NCBI GenBank assembly: GCA_011109175.1
Contig: RDEW01000009.1
Coordinates: forward strand, 67,735 to 131,236
From: Dicyema japonicum
Lineage: Eukaryota > Animalia > Dicyemida
Length of the DNA: 63,502 bases
Direction: 5' to 3'
How positions within the stretch are numbered: the first letter of the stretch is position 1; each line of letters opens with the position of its first letter. This document shows positions 1 through 11,059 of this stretch, one piece after another. The notes under the pieces are model-generated. The model was given only the letters and a program-made list of their open reading frames with translations. It had not been told where the DNA came from and did no database searches. Both the position numbers and the translations under genes were made by a program.

Positions 1-24
1 TTAATAAAAATATTAATTTATTTA

Positions 25-120
25 ATGGAAAACGAACGGTGTTATCTAAAATGTGTCGGTCCCCGAGAGCAACACCGGGAAAAGATGAGAACATTGCTGA
101 GAGATGCCGGGATCACCTGA
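25..120 (+). mobile_element. 5'-truncated 3' tail of Ingi/Jockey-like LINE
   Basis: Ends ...LLRDAGIT* (gagagatgccgggatcacctga). The same tail occurs at ~44750-44770 directly after an RT fragment, and at ~34840. Confidence 0.6.
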
Positions 121-1035
121 TGGCGTTTTCCTCTTATTTAGTTTGCCTGGTGATTTTAGGCTTATTAATAATAATAATTTTGATTTACTTTAACCCCAAG
201 CCTACAGGCCAGAGCATCCCTGTCGCTCTCTATGCAAAACCCCAAAAAAAGAAAAATTATTATGACAACCTGCCTTGAATGCTATCATCCATCCTTTACA
301 GCCACAATGACCGGAGTCGTCTAAAACAGATACACGGTTTTTTGTCCTGCAATGGAACAATCAAAATCTTCTTTTCCGAGGGACATTCGGGTAAACCTGA
401 CTCGTCTATGATGTGGGCACCACCCCCTCTCTACCGATGTACGATTTCCGTGATAATCATCGTCTAAGTTCCTTCAAATTTAACTCGGGAGAGAATCAAA
501 TCAAGTAATATATCGTACTCAATATCTCCGAGTGAGTCATTTCATATATAACACGAAAAGAGAAATGGAGGATGAATCCTTCATGAAGCTAAGTAACATT
601 TACTGGAAAAATTAGTCACGTGTTTACATTGAAAGAAACTGACTACTACGCCGACAAGACAAGTTGCTCCCAGTAATCCTCCACATAGAGTCTTGGTGAA
701 CCAAGGAAAGGAGATTTTCGCAACCCAAAATGCTATTATGTCAACACCGTATGCGACGAGTCCAACTCTGGCAGTCTTGGAAGCAACGATTCCATGACGT
801 TTACCTCAGCGGGTCCGCGCCCTAATATTTTATTGCCGTAGTAAGGCCATGTATGCAACCAGTAGACACCAAGTGTAAATTTTTACGAAAAAAAATACTA
901 CGGAAGTAAATAGTGGCCGATTAAATAATATAAATTTAATTTAATAGTATCAATTAATTTATTTATAAGTAAGATAGTCACGTGTCCGACAATTCATAGA
1001 GGCAAATCACACACAAGCACCTTTATCCACAGTGA

Positions 1036-1203
1036 TTAGTTATTTTCTTTAGCCATTTTTTTTCTTTTAATTCGGTCATATTCCTTGTATAATCCCTGTC
1101 TCATATAATAACGATCTGAATTTTGCTTGTATAACACAAAGAAACCAGTCCCAAACATAAACACGAAGGAAGAGACAAATATAGCCTTTGGAATATTAGA
1201 CAT
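1036..1203 (-). CDS. PET117: PET117-like cytochrome c oxidase assembly factor, 55 aa
   Basis: MSNIPKAIFVSSFVFMFGTGFFVLYKQNSDRYYMRQGLYKEYDRIKRKK follows the PET117 pattern as I recall it: MS..K, one hydrophobic helix, then Q..D...(L/M)R.G...(D/E)..R..KK. ATG is at 1203-1201. Confidence 0.7.
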   Translation of the reverse strand: MSNIPKAIFVSSFVFMFGTGFFVLYKQNSDRYYMRQGLYKEYDRIKRKKMAKENN

Positions 1204-1479
1204 TAACAAAACAAGGGTTAACCACGTCAATAGTTCAATGAACTATTTAAAATTAAAAAGAAGTATTAATTTTTATTTTCTAATTAGAATTATAAATTTA
1301 AAAAGAAAATAGCTGGTGCACTACCACTTTTCAGGAGTAATCTTGAGTTTTTTTAATTAAATAAATAATCAGCGTGTTTATTATTAGTCTTTTGTGCAAG
1401 AGGGCCATGTGCGTCAAGGAGGATGCCACTCAGTCTTTCTTTTATACACTAATCCAAGACCACTGTTAAAATCCCAGAA

Positions 1480-2170
1480 CTAAGTGATCCCAACACGCTC
1501 CAACAGTGCTTTCAGCTTAACACAGCGATACTCTGTTGAGCTTACAAGCATATAGTGGACGATGAACTAGAACGGATATAATGCACCCTTTATCTGTGTT
1601 AGTGACTCCAGAGACGTCAGTGGTGGGAATTTTTTTCGGGAAACCTACTTTTCGTCACTCTGTATGCTCTTTTCTGTGTGGCCGCGATCTTCTCGGAATT
1701 GGTCCAAGAGATGAAGGCCCAAGTAAGCTCATGGATCCAGATCACGTGAGTCCATGAAACGTATTTTGCATAAGTCATCATGACGTTGTTTTCATAAATA
1801 TGTTGAACATTAAAGTAAATTAGGGTGTGTCCTAGAGAAACCATTTGGAGGAAGTCGTGATGCCAATCTTCAAGTTTCCTCCGACCAATAGGAAAGTTAG
1901 CCAGAGTATAAGGTTTCAAGGGATTTTGGATTGGAATAATTTCCAAGTTAGGTTTCTCCTAGTAACAAATTTGAACAGTTATGAATATCCGCAGAACAGA
2001 GGACAGCCTTCATATTCTGGGTTTGTTTGAGAAGCCTGTTTGCTATATTTTTACTACGGCATTTTCTGTGAAATATGCAGGTTTTATTTCCTTCTTCGGG
2101 TTTTTTTCGAAAGATGACAGGACGATTACCTTGATGATCTATGTGGGGGATTTTAATATAAAATTTGTCC
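1480..2170 (-). mobile_element. Degenerate Ingi/Jockey-like LINE (RT C-terminal part and tail)
   Basis: Fragments MTYAKYV...WTNSEKIAATQKRAYRVT (post-RT region) and terminal KALLERVGIT*. Several frameshifts. Confidence 0.6.
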
Positions 2171-2349
2171 ACGTGTTTAAATCTTTATGTTGTAATCTTT
2201 TCATGCGTATTTTCGTCAATTTTCGAAACGTGTCTAATAAAACGTACTTTATCCAACTGCACACATTGTTTATTAAAAACCGCAAATATTTGGAAATAAA
2301 TTTTATTTTTAATTATTCCAGTAACACAAGAAAAAGTTATCTGTGAGCA

Positions 2350-2690
2350 ACCAATTATGTCTATCAATTTCCCCCGGTCTCATTTGAGAAAATACAACTC
2401 TTTCAAAGCACATGTTTATCATAAACACAGTTGAAGATACTCCAACAAAGATTGATTCAGCTGAATGGAAGGAGGAGAGACACTGGTTCTCTATGATGCA
2501 GATCTGACAATGGGTACCTCCTGACATAGGTGGATCACATTCACCACCCTTGTTGATTCAGCTGAATGGAAGGGGGAGAGACACTGGTTCTCTATGATGC
2601 AGATCTGACAATGGGTACCTCCTGACATAGGTGGATCACATTCACCACCCTTGTTGAACTAAGAAGGGAACAGAGAATAGGAAAATAACG
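2350..2690 (-). repeat. Dispersed LINE-tail-like repeat containing a 101-bp tandem duplication (2452-2552, 2553-2653)
   Basis: The two 101-bp units differ by one base. The sequence is alignable with 61905-62185 (shared aggtggatcacat) and 58550-58810. Confidence 0.65.
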
Positions 2691-3639
2691 TAACTAAGCA
2701 TTTTTCATTATAGCATCGTTCATCGGACCGAAAAACAGTAGTTTGGAGAACTTGGAGAATAAAGAAACCAATTACAGGAGGGTGTGTGATTCTGAAAAGA
2801 ATGACGAAGCACGTCAGTCGATCAGTCAATGGAAGAATACGAATGATTAACTACTTTTCCAGACACATACAGATCAGTCCAAATTCCAGGAATCTCGCTG
2901 CTGTCCATTCGGTGGAGGATTCACGCATCTCTATGCTTCTGGGTTGACGAGTGACGCCGTCATCAGTGTTTCATTACTGCAGAACTGCATTGTCTTATAA
3001 GGCATACACTAAAGAAGAGGTAAAGAGCATTGCCTTGGAATAATTTCTTCGATTAGTTAGCACGACTGTTTTTACTTCTTAAATAAAGTGGAGTTCTGCC
3101 TAAGCTGAGGTTAAATAATGGAGACATTACTACGCCTTGGCGGCAAGACTGTTTAGACGGTTCATTTTCAAAAATAGCATAGTTTTGAAACCATGGGGCG
3201 TAGTTGGTTTGTAAAACATTATTGGTTTAAATTATGTAAATAATTATAGTGGTTCTGCCAATAATTGAAAGTACGGACGGTCAGTGCATTGATTCCGGTT
3301 TAATAAGGTCAATTATATAAAATCGTTACAGTCTATCAGAAATCGATAAATACAAAATTATCTTATTTAGCCTATAAATTTGTTAAAATGAAAGTCCTTG
3401 AATATCCTCGTAATTGACAGTGTTCGAAAAATTTCTTTGAACAATAATCTTGATTAAAAAGATTGTAAAATTGAAAATACAAGACCCAATTCCGATTTGT
3501 GGAAAATGTATAAAATTCATAGCTTCTTCTCCCATGTGCCTTTTCTCACTCACTTCGGTGTATAGTTGACCCTTGTTTTCATAACTTATTTAATCAGAAG
3601 TCAGTCACGCTGATGCAATAACGTTATAAATATGCGATG

Positions 3640-3898
3640 GCGCCAGCTTGGCGAAAATGGATAGAGTGGGCTGATTTATAACTTTGTAGAGTAATTTGAG
3701 AAATCCGGGAGAAGGGCATTTGCATTTTTTCGAGAAGACATACTTCGAACTTTCCCCAACCACCTTAAATCCCAACTACCCCGAGAAGGAGAGCAATCCA
3801 TATTTGGAAGTCCCCAAGGAGTTAGTTGAAATGTTCACAAACAGGTCACATTTGATATCATTTGTAGGTTCTACGCCAACCCTGATTTTAGACTTTGA
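3640..3898 (+). pseudogene. Fragment of unidentified intron-containing gene, copy A
   Basis: Splicing GT-AG introns 3666-3689 (24 nt) and 3845-3867 (23 nt) gives AKMDR|SNLRNPGEGHLHFFEKTYFELSPTTLNPNYPEKESNPYLEVPKELVEMFTNR|FYANPDFRL*. Paralog at ~17990-18254. The upstream frame is broken. Confidence 0.6.
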
Positions 3899-4429
3899 TC
3901 GATTTAATAATTTTGATTAGCCTGACTAATAAATATTGTGTTTAATAATAATCCGTTAACCGCAATTTTGGCTGCGAGCATTTCATGGCTGACGAAGCCT
4001 CTCATGCTTTCGTGGCACCTCACGAGTGTCCCCAAAACTCGTAGGAAAGTCGTATTTGAGTATACATTTCTTTCGAAAGCGAATATAACTTTTATGGGAC
4101 TCGAAGGCGTTTTGATTTTTCTTCCGGATTCCAATGTAAATGTTTGGAATAAAAAGTATTCTGTCTGGGGGAGATATGGGTAACTAGATGTCGCGAATCG
4201 GAGTTTACTGGCTCATTCGTATGCAGCATAATAAAATTATCTTCAAGTTCAAGTTTTCTCAATCTCCTACCTAGGCAGTAAATCACTCTCAATTATGGAC
4301 TCCTTAGTATTTGAAGATACAAGTAAATGCAAAAGAGTCGCACAGTCGGGTAAACGTAAACTGCTATTATTTGTAGAAATTGGGTTTTTTGTGAATAATT
4401 AATACAATTAAGTTATCAACAAAGGTGGG

Positions 4430-4725
4430 CTTACTTGCCTTCTGGAACACGTCGGTCTTGACAGAGGTGATAACAAAAGGTCGGATGGCGTAACGACTAT
4501 GCTATGGAACCAAGGGAGGTGTCTTGACTGGGATTCACGTGCACAGACACTTTCTCTAATAGGAATTTACTCAAGTCATCAATGCACATGGGTCCTGTAG
4601 TGAGCACTGAGAGCCTAGAATGACACAATGACTCTTCAAGAACATTGGGATCGCAATTATAAGAGGTAACTCTTATTGCGTGCCCAATGCCTGTATGCCA
4701 CAATGTAACCTCGCCTTAACAACTA
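4430..4725 (+). mobile_element. CRE-like retrotransposon 3' fragment (RLE endonuclease)
   Basis: LLEHVGLDRGDNKRSDGVT...WD and GIAIIRGN match the CRE copies at 38.5-39.5 kb and 40.4-43.3 kb. Confidence 0.75.
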
Positions 4726-4965
4726 ACTTTTCTGGTTTCATAAAAATCGCCACAAATGTCAATAAAACGTTCAGTAATATTCACTAAAAACAAAAAATTA
4801 AAGTGATTATCCTTAATATAAATTTTTTACCAATAGAGCACCTAGTACTCCACTTATAAATTTCTTAAAGTAAAAGGGGGGAGAGGGATAAATATCCATA
4901 GTCCTCCATTTAGTTCATTCGCAAATTTATTCTCAAAAAGGAGGGAGATACTTCCGCTTCAGTAG

Positions 4966-5279
4966 ACCATTAGTCTTCCAAAATAAATCCTTTTATCATT
5001 GAGAACATATGAGTAGTGAGCATGTATTATTCAATGTAGCCAAATGTTTGAGATGGACAATAATTGATGACACGTGTAATTGGTGTATCCTAAACGCCAT
5101 CATCAGAATGATTCTGGAGCAAACCATTAGTCTTCCAAAATAAATCTTTTTATCATTGAGAACATATGAGTAGTGAGCATGTATTATTCAATGTAGCCAA
5201 ATGTTTGAGATGGACAATAATTGATGACACGTGTAGTTGGTGTATCCTAAACGCCATCATCAGAATGATTCTGGAGCAA
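4966..5279. repeat. 157-bp tandem duplication (4966-5122, 5123-5279)
   Basis: Direct comparison shows two units with two substitutions. Confidence 0.9.
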
Positions 5280-5764
5280 CACGAGGCCGTTTGATTTAGG
5301 ATACTTTTATTACTTCGGCACTCAAAGTCATCACAAAAGGTATAACCATATATAAACACGTGACAAATTATTTTTCAGAAATCAATATAATAAAATGCTA
5401 AATTTATGTGAGTCCAATTTTTAGGTGAAAAAAATAGCTTTGGTGTGAATTCAAAAACAGAGACACTGTGGAACCAAGCGCTGAGTTAGAAGAATTCGAA
5501 TTAGTGAACTAGAGTAAAGAGCTTCATTTCTAAGATTAAATCAAGGTTGGATACCGGTCTTAGATTTAAAGTGTTGAAGAATTAATTTTGCTTCTTTGTG
5601 GTGGCGAAATTGCCAAAAAGTTTTACGAAAATTTTTTAAGAACCAGCAAGATATCTTTAAATTAAATTAAATTCATTTTTTTTGCAAATTTATTTTTATA
5701 AATAATATTAAAAATTGTTAATAACTAATATTAAAAAATATGTTTGGTGCCGATTCACGTCAAA

Positions 5765-5945
5765 ATAACAATATTTCCCGCCGGCGGCTTTGTCCTCGTA
5801 ACTGAGGATGTTAAAGTCGGCGTACATTAATTGTTCATGTACTTACATGAACGGACATTATTACTGACATTATCTACATAAACTCATCAGGCATTAGTGA
5901 CAAGCTGATATTCGTTAGGAATAAGGGAGCATCAGACGCATTATT
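5765..5945. repeat. Dispersed ~180-bp repeat, second copy at ~15360-15535
   Basis: Shared blocks tgtcctcgtaacNgaggatgttaaagtcggc, gttcatgtac, ggcattagt and gagcatcagacgcat. Confidence 0.8.
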
Positions 5946-6249
5946 TTCTGACTCCAATTCACTTCAACCTAAAATTGGGGAAACTAAGTTAAGAATTGTA
6001 TCTAGTGCTTGCAGAAAAATCAATATACGACAATTATCAAATAATTTAATGACCCTGGATATACCTCGAAGGAGTTGAGTTAATCAACATCTATTAAGAA
6101 ATTTCGGAGTGAGACGCATTTTTTCATAAACCTCATCGTGGGAAATTCATAATGGAGTTGAAAAGATAGATATACTTCTCCGATGTCTGGGAGACACAGA
6201 AAATGTTATAAGACAGGTAAATCCTTTGAAGTCTTTTAGGATTTCATTA

Positions 6250-6530
6250 AGGCACAAAGCTAAGGGGATTAAGTTAACCATGGAAAATTCAAGAATGGCT
6301 TATCCTCATAGAGTTTGATTTCACTGAAGTGCACTTCTCAAATGTGTTAAGAAGTTAGTTCTTATGACGATTATTTCTCCCTGTCAGTGCCATTTTTCAA
6401 CCTGACTTCCTAATCAATAGATTTTCCACAACGCACTTGACAACTACATCGCAGTTTATCATAAACGGCTTTTAGGTTCCATATGCGTACAGCGTTGATT
6501 TCCAGAGCTGTTCAAAAGGCGTTCGAACCT
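6250..6530 (-). mobile_element. Possible highly degenerate R4/Dong-like RT fragment
   Basis: IWNLKAVYD and EVRLKNG resemble WVDVKKAYD and VKLKRG of the 58.9-60 kb element. Many stops. Confidence 0.3.
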
Positions 6531-6934
6531 GTCCTTACAAAAAATCAAAAAATATTTCAAATCTTAAAGTAATTCTGATTTTTTTTGAATTTTCGCACAA
6601 AGTCTCCAAAATCAGCCCAAAAGTGAAGAAATTAGCGATCAAACCGACGGGGACTGAGAGGTAGAATCCAAAGCATATGGCTAGTCCGTCAGCCAACATC
6701 TGCAGTCAATCACCACAGACAATTGCTGCAAATACAGTTGACCGTCTAAATAATTGAAGTTGGAATAAATTGAAGAACTAAAGTGCGACCCAAATGCATC
6801 CCAGCCACGCAAAGAGATTTTAGAAATATTCTCAGGAATCTTCGTCAGGATATCTTCAAACAGGTAGTAGAAGAAAACTCCTTCTACTTTCATCAAGTCA
6901 TGACTACAGGAAAGGTATGATGAAAAAGGAAGCC

Positions 6935-7001
6935 CACGACACCGCAGATATCTCCCCTTCGAAATTCNCACGACACCGCAGATATCTCCCCTTCGAAATT
7001 C
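6935..7001. other. Assembly junction: single N at 6968 between two identical 33-bp copies
   Basis: cacgacaccgcagatatctccccttcgaaattc-N-same sequence. Confidence 0.85.
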
Positions 7002-7394
7002 CAAGCCGAAAACGAATACTGGAGTCATGAAAAACATCGCCACACATGAATTCAAAAATTTGAAGGAATGAGAACTCTCATTTCTAAATGTTCGCTATCA
7101 TGAGTTTTTTACGATCAGTTCTATAATGAGCAGACAATTATCACGAATTCCAATATCAGAGAATTAGCCAGAGCCACGTGGTTAATAATAGAGATCAGAA
7201 ATATTTACTTAACAAGTTCTGTACATTTCAGTCGAAAATGTTACCTCTGGCACGTGGGTTGAACATTTTTTTCAATCTGACTTGTTTTTCTAATCAATCT
7301 GAAGTCAACTGCAAGTCAAAATTTTAAAAATTGAATTTCACAACCTGGGCACAGATTTAGAAAACCTAGGAATTTAAAGGTTATGACTTTATGC

Positions 7395-9914
7395 CGTGTC
7401 CATTCAAAATGGCCTCCATACAAAACGGCCTCCATTCAAAATGGCCTCCATTCAAAATGGCCTCCATTCAAAATGGCCTCCAATTAATTTTTTCAGGTTT
7501 TGGATAAGTTCATCAATAAACATCACGAGATTTTAGCGAAACGACATCTTTAGGTAAAAAAGTCATCTTTTTTAAATCTTATAAAAATTGATTTACCAAG
7601 GTCCTCGACATCTTTAGGTAAAAAAGTCATCTTTTTTAAATCTTATAAAAATTGATTTTAAGGAGTCCTATGGGTGAGCGGAACATTTTACCAAGGTCCT
7701 CGACATCTTTAGGTAAAAAAGTCATCTTTTTTAAATCTTATAAAAATTGATTTTAAGGGATCCTATGGGTGAGCGGAACATTTTACCAAAGTCCTCCAAA
7801 CCCTATGATTTTAAGATACTAATTGACTTTGGAATAAAAATTAATTATTTTTATTAAAACTAAATTTAATAAGTTATTGTCTCTTTTAATTTCTTTTATT
7901 ATAATAAAACTTTTGAATAATTTAATTAATTAATTGATTCACTATTGCATGCCGTTTCTTGTTAACCAAAAGGGAAATAGAAGTTTAGAACATGATGGAA
8001 ATCTTTATCATTTAAAATACAGGAAGGGACATATCACATATTGGAGGTGCTCAGATCGTACTTGTCCTGGATCTGTAAAAACTATTCAATCCTGTGATGA
8101 AGTTTGGAGTCTGAAGCAACATAATCATCTTCCAAGGAGTGAATTTGTCAAGAGAGCCTTAATACGGGAGGACATAAAGCAGAAATCACTCTTATGTGAT
8201 ATGGGTCCTAGACAGATTATTAATAATTCTCTGCTTGGACAAAATTTGACAACTATTGCTTTGACAGGGACTCATTCTTCTCTGGAACAACTGATTAATA
8301 GAACAAGAAAAAGTATCCCACACGAAAGTGATGATTCAGTTCTTAATATTGAGGAGAATTTAATGTATACCTTACGAGGGCATAGATTCTATCAGTTTGG
8401 ACACAGTTTTCGCCAAAATATTGGTATATTAATGATTAACTTATCAGATGTTGAGACAAATATGGTTATTTTTTTTAATTCTGAAATGACGACACCATTA
8501 AAAAATCATAAAATATGGTCTATTGATGGGACTTTTTCTGTCTGCCCTCTTCCTTGGAAGCAATTATTCACAATATCGGTAATAATTAATCACCATGTAA
8601 TTCCAATAATTTTCTGTCTTTTAACATCAAAAACTGAAAATGAATATGACACAATGCTTCAAATAATTAAACGTCTCATTCCGGATTTAGAACCAAGAGT
8701 TATTGTCTCAGATTTTGAAAAAGGAGCAATAAACTCTTTTCAAAAATCATTTCCAAACGCACGGATAAATTGCTGCATGTTCCATCTAGGACAAAATATT
8801 AATAAAAAAATATTGGAACTAGGAATTTTCAACGACATAAATAATGAAGATATAAATAGGTTAAATGTGATTTAAAATTAACGATAGATTTGTAAAACTG
8901 TTGAAATGCCTCTCCTTTATTCCTACACATACTGTAAAGAACACTTTTGATTGGATAGTGTCGAGATCAGATTTTCCTGTGATTCTAACTCCATTATATC
9001 AATATTTCTTGATCAATTATATCGGAAATCAAGAAAATGGATTAATTCCAAGATTTCCAATTAATTATTGGAATAATCTGGATAATCTATATGAGGACTT
9101 ACCTCGGACAAATAACTCCATTGAAGGCTGGCACAACGTTTTTAGAAGTACATTTGGGACACTAAACAAGACGCCAAGAAATTTTGTAAAGAAATTGATA
9201 AAAGAAGAAGGCATAATGATTAAATTCTTAAGATTACAAAATGGAGAAAAAATTCTTAGAAAAACTAAATATATCGCTTTATCTGAGAATATATTGAGAT
9301 TTGTTCAAGAACAAATATTACTTAATATGGATCCGACAGACTATATATTCAATTTAGTAGAATATGTGTTCTATTAACATTTATAATCATTTTCCTTTTT
9401 TTCTTTTGAAAATAAATATTTCATTTTAAACTTATATAAAAATATTAAAAAAGATGACTTTTTTACCTAAAGATGTCGAGGACCTTGGTAAAATGTTCCA
9501 CTTACCCATAGGACCTGTTAAAATCAATTTTTATAAGATTTAAAAAAGATGACTTTTTTACCTAAAGATGTCGAGGACCTTGGTAAATGTTCCACTTACC
9601 CATAGGACCTGTTAAAATCAATTTTTATAAGATTTAAAAAGATGACTTTTTTACCTAAAGATGTCGAGGACCTTGGTAAAATCAATTTTTATAAGATTTA
9701 AAAAGATGACTTTTTTACCTAAAGATGTCGAGGACCTTGGTAAAATATCTCGTGATGTCTATTGATGAACTTATCCAAAACCTGAGAAATTTAATTGGAG
9801 GCCATTTTGAATGGAGGCCATTTTGAATGGAGGCCGTTTTGAATGGAGGCCAGTTTGAATGGAGGCCATTTTGAATGGAGGCCATTTTGAAAGAGGCCAT
9901 TTTGAATGGGAACC
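7395..9914 (+). mobile_element. Apparently intact MULE (Phantom-like) DNA transposon with modular foldback TIRs
   Basis: 8-bp TSD CTTTATGC (7387-7394, 9915-9922). Inverted ends carry 16-bp CCATTCAAAATGGCCT arrays (5 left, 7 right) plus ~52-bp subterminal repeats (3 left, 4 right). Internal transposase gene. Confidence 0.92.
7949..9377 (+). CDS. FLYWCH-MULE DDE transposase, 458 aa after splicing
   Basis: Exons 7949-8423, 8448-8859 and 8888-9377 total 1377 nt = 459 codons with no internal stop. FLYWCH-like YWRC-x4-C...HNH, IDGTF (D1), VSDFE (D2), CMFH, RTNNSIEGWH (E). Confidence 0.88.
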
Positions 9915-11059
9915 CTTTATGCTGATGTCCCTGGTTTTTCATGGTCAAATTTTCGACGGAAAAATCAAAGAAGTTATCGAGTTCGGTCAAAATTTCGTAT
10001 TTCAAACGCAAAAGCCTTTAAAACTCTCCGATAAGGTCACCTCGAAGCCCATCAAGTTGAGTCACAAAATGTCTCAATTTGTTCAATTTCTTGATTATAA
10101 ACCATTTCCGTACATTCTCGTCAGTTTCGCTGAAAAATGTCTTTTTTTCTGTGCCAGTAGTCATAGTCACGTGTGACTTGTCTACTGGGCCTTTTCGTGA
10201 TCCTTGTTGAGAGCACTTAGTGAAATAGTTAGTAGCGAGCACTTCCCCATTACCATAAGCATATGAATACTTAGGGTTCCGCTTGTGCTGTGCTTTTCAC
10301 TATCCTAGACAAAGTAGATCTGTACCTTCTGTAGAAGGAGATGACTCTACTGGTGTAGCCTATATCGCTCTATTTATGTTGGGGGTAGTTTGCTATTCCT
10401 CGATATAGAGGGGTAAGGCATTGAACAACCGACTGGCATTGAGAAGGGGAATCTAATTGTGTGTAATTAATGACTGAAACAAACATGGTCTTACCTAGGG
10501 CGTTCCAAAATATCAACAGAACCATGTACGGGAAGGTGAGGTACTCGACTAGAAACTCGATGAAGGTTTTTCGGACATGTAATGAGAATAGACATGTAAT
10601 CCTTAGCAAGCGTAATTGTGAATACACTCTTGATTCCATGGAAAAACAGACTTGGACAAAAGATACTCGCTCTCAACACCAACAAGTATGAGGAACACAA
10701 AATCATAAAAAAATTTGACAATTTTATTTTTTATTAAAAATCGTTATTATGTACAATTTTGATGTTGGCAGTCAAAGCAGGTGAAATTTCTGATAACTAT
10801 GCATCGAAAATATGAAGATCTGAATACAAAATGGCCAACAACATACTTGACGGCAGTGGAGCGCTCTATTCAAGTATCTTCTATGTCATCCAATACAGGC
10901 TGGGCTTCTTCTGGAAAATCGTTGTAATCATACAATTGTTTAAAATAAGGGAAAACGTTTATTATTAAAGCACTTTCACGAAAGCCATAATGATTATGCC
11001 CCGCATGTGCAACACTCAAAGAAACAATATTTATAGTTAGTCTTTTCCATCTTCCTTGC

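Noticed and set aside
6681-7055. 124-aa ORF with internal duplication
   Set aside because: It spans the N junction with a 33-bp overlap artefact and has no recognisable motifs.
7395-9914. CRISPR-like repeat-spacer look of the 52-bp modules
   Set aside because: The spacers are themselves repeated, the arrays are inverted about a transposase with a TSD, and the context is eukaryotic with no cas genes.
9715-10176. ORFs with FKMAS/IQNGL/HSKWPP repeats
   Set aside because: They are read-through of the 16-bp MULE terminal array.
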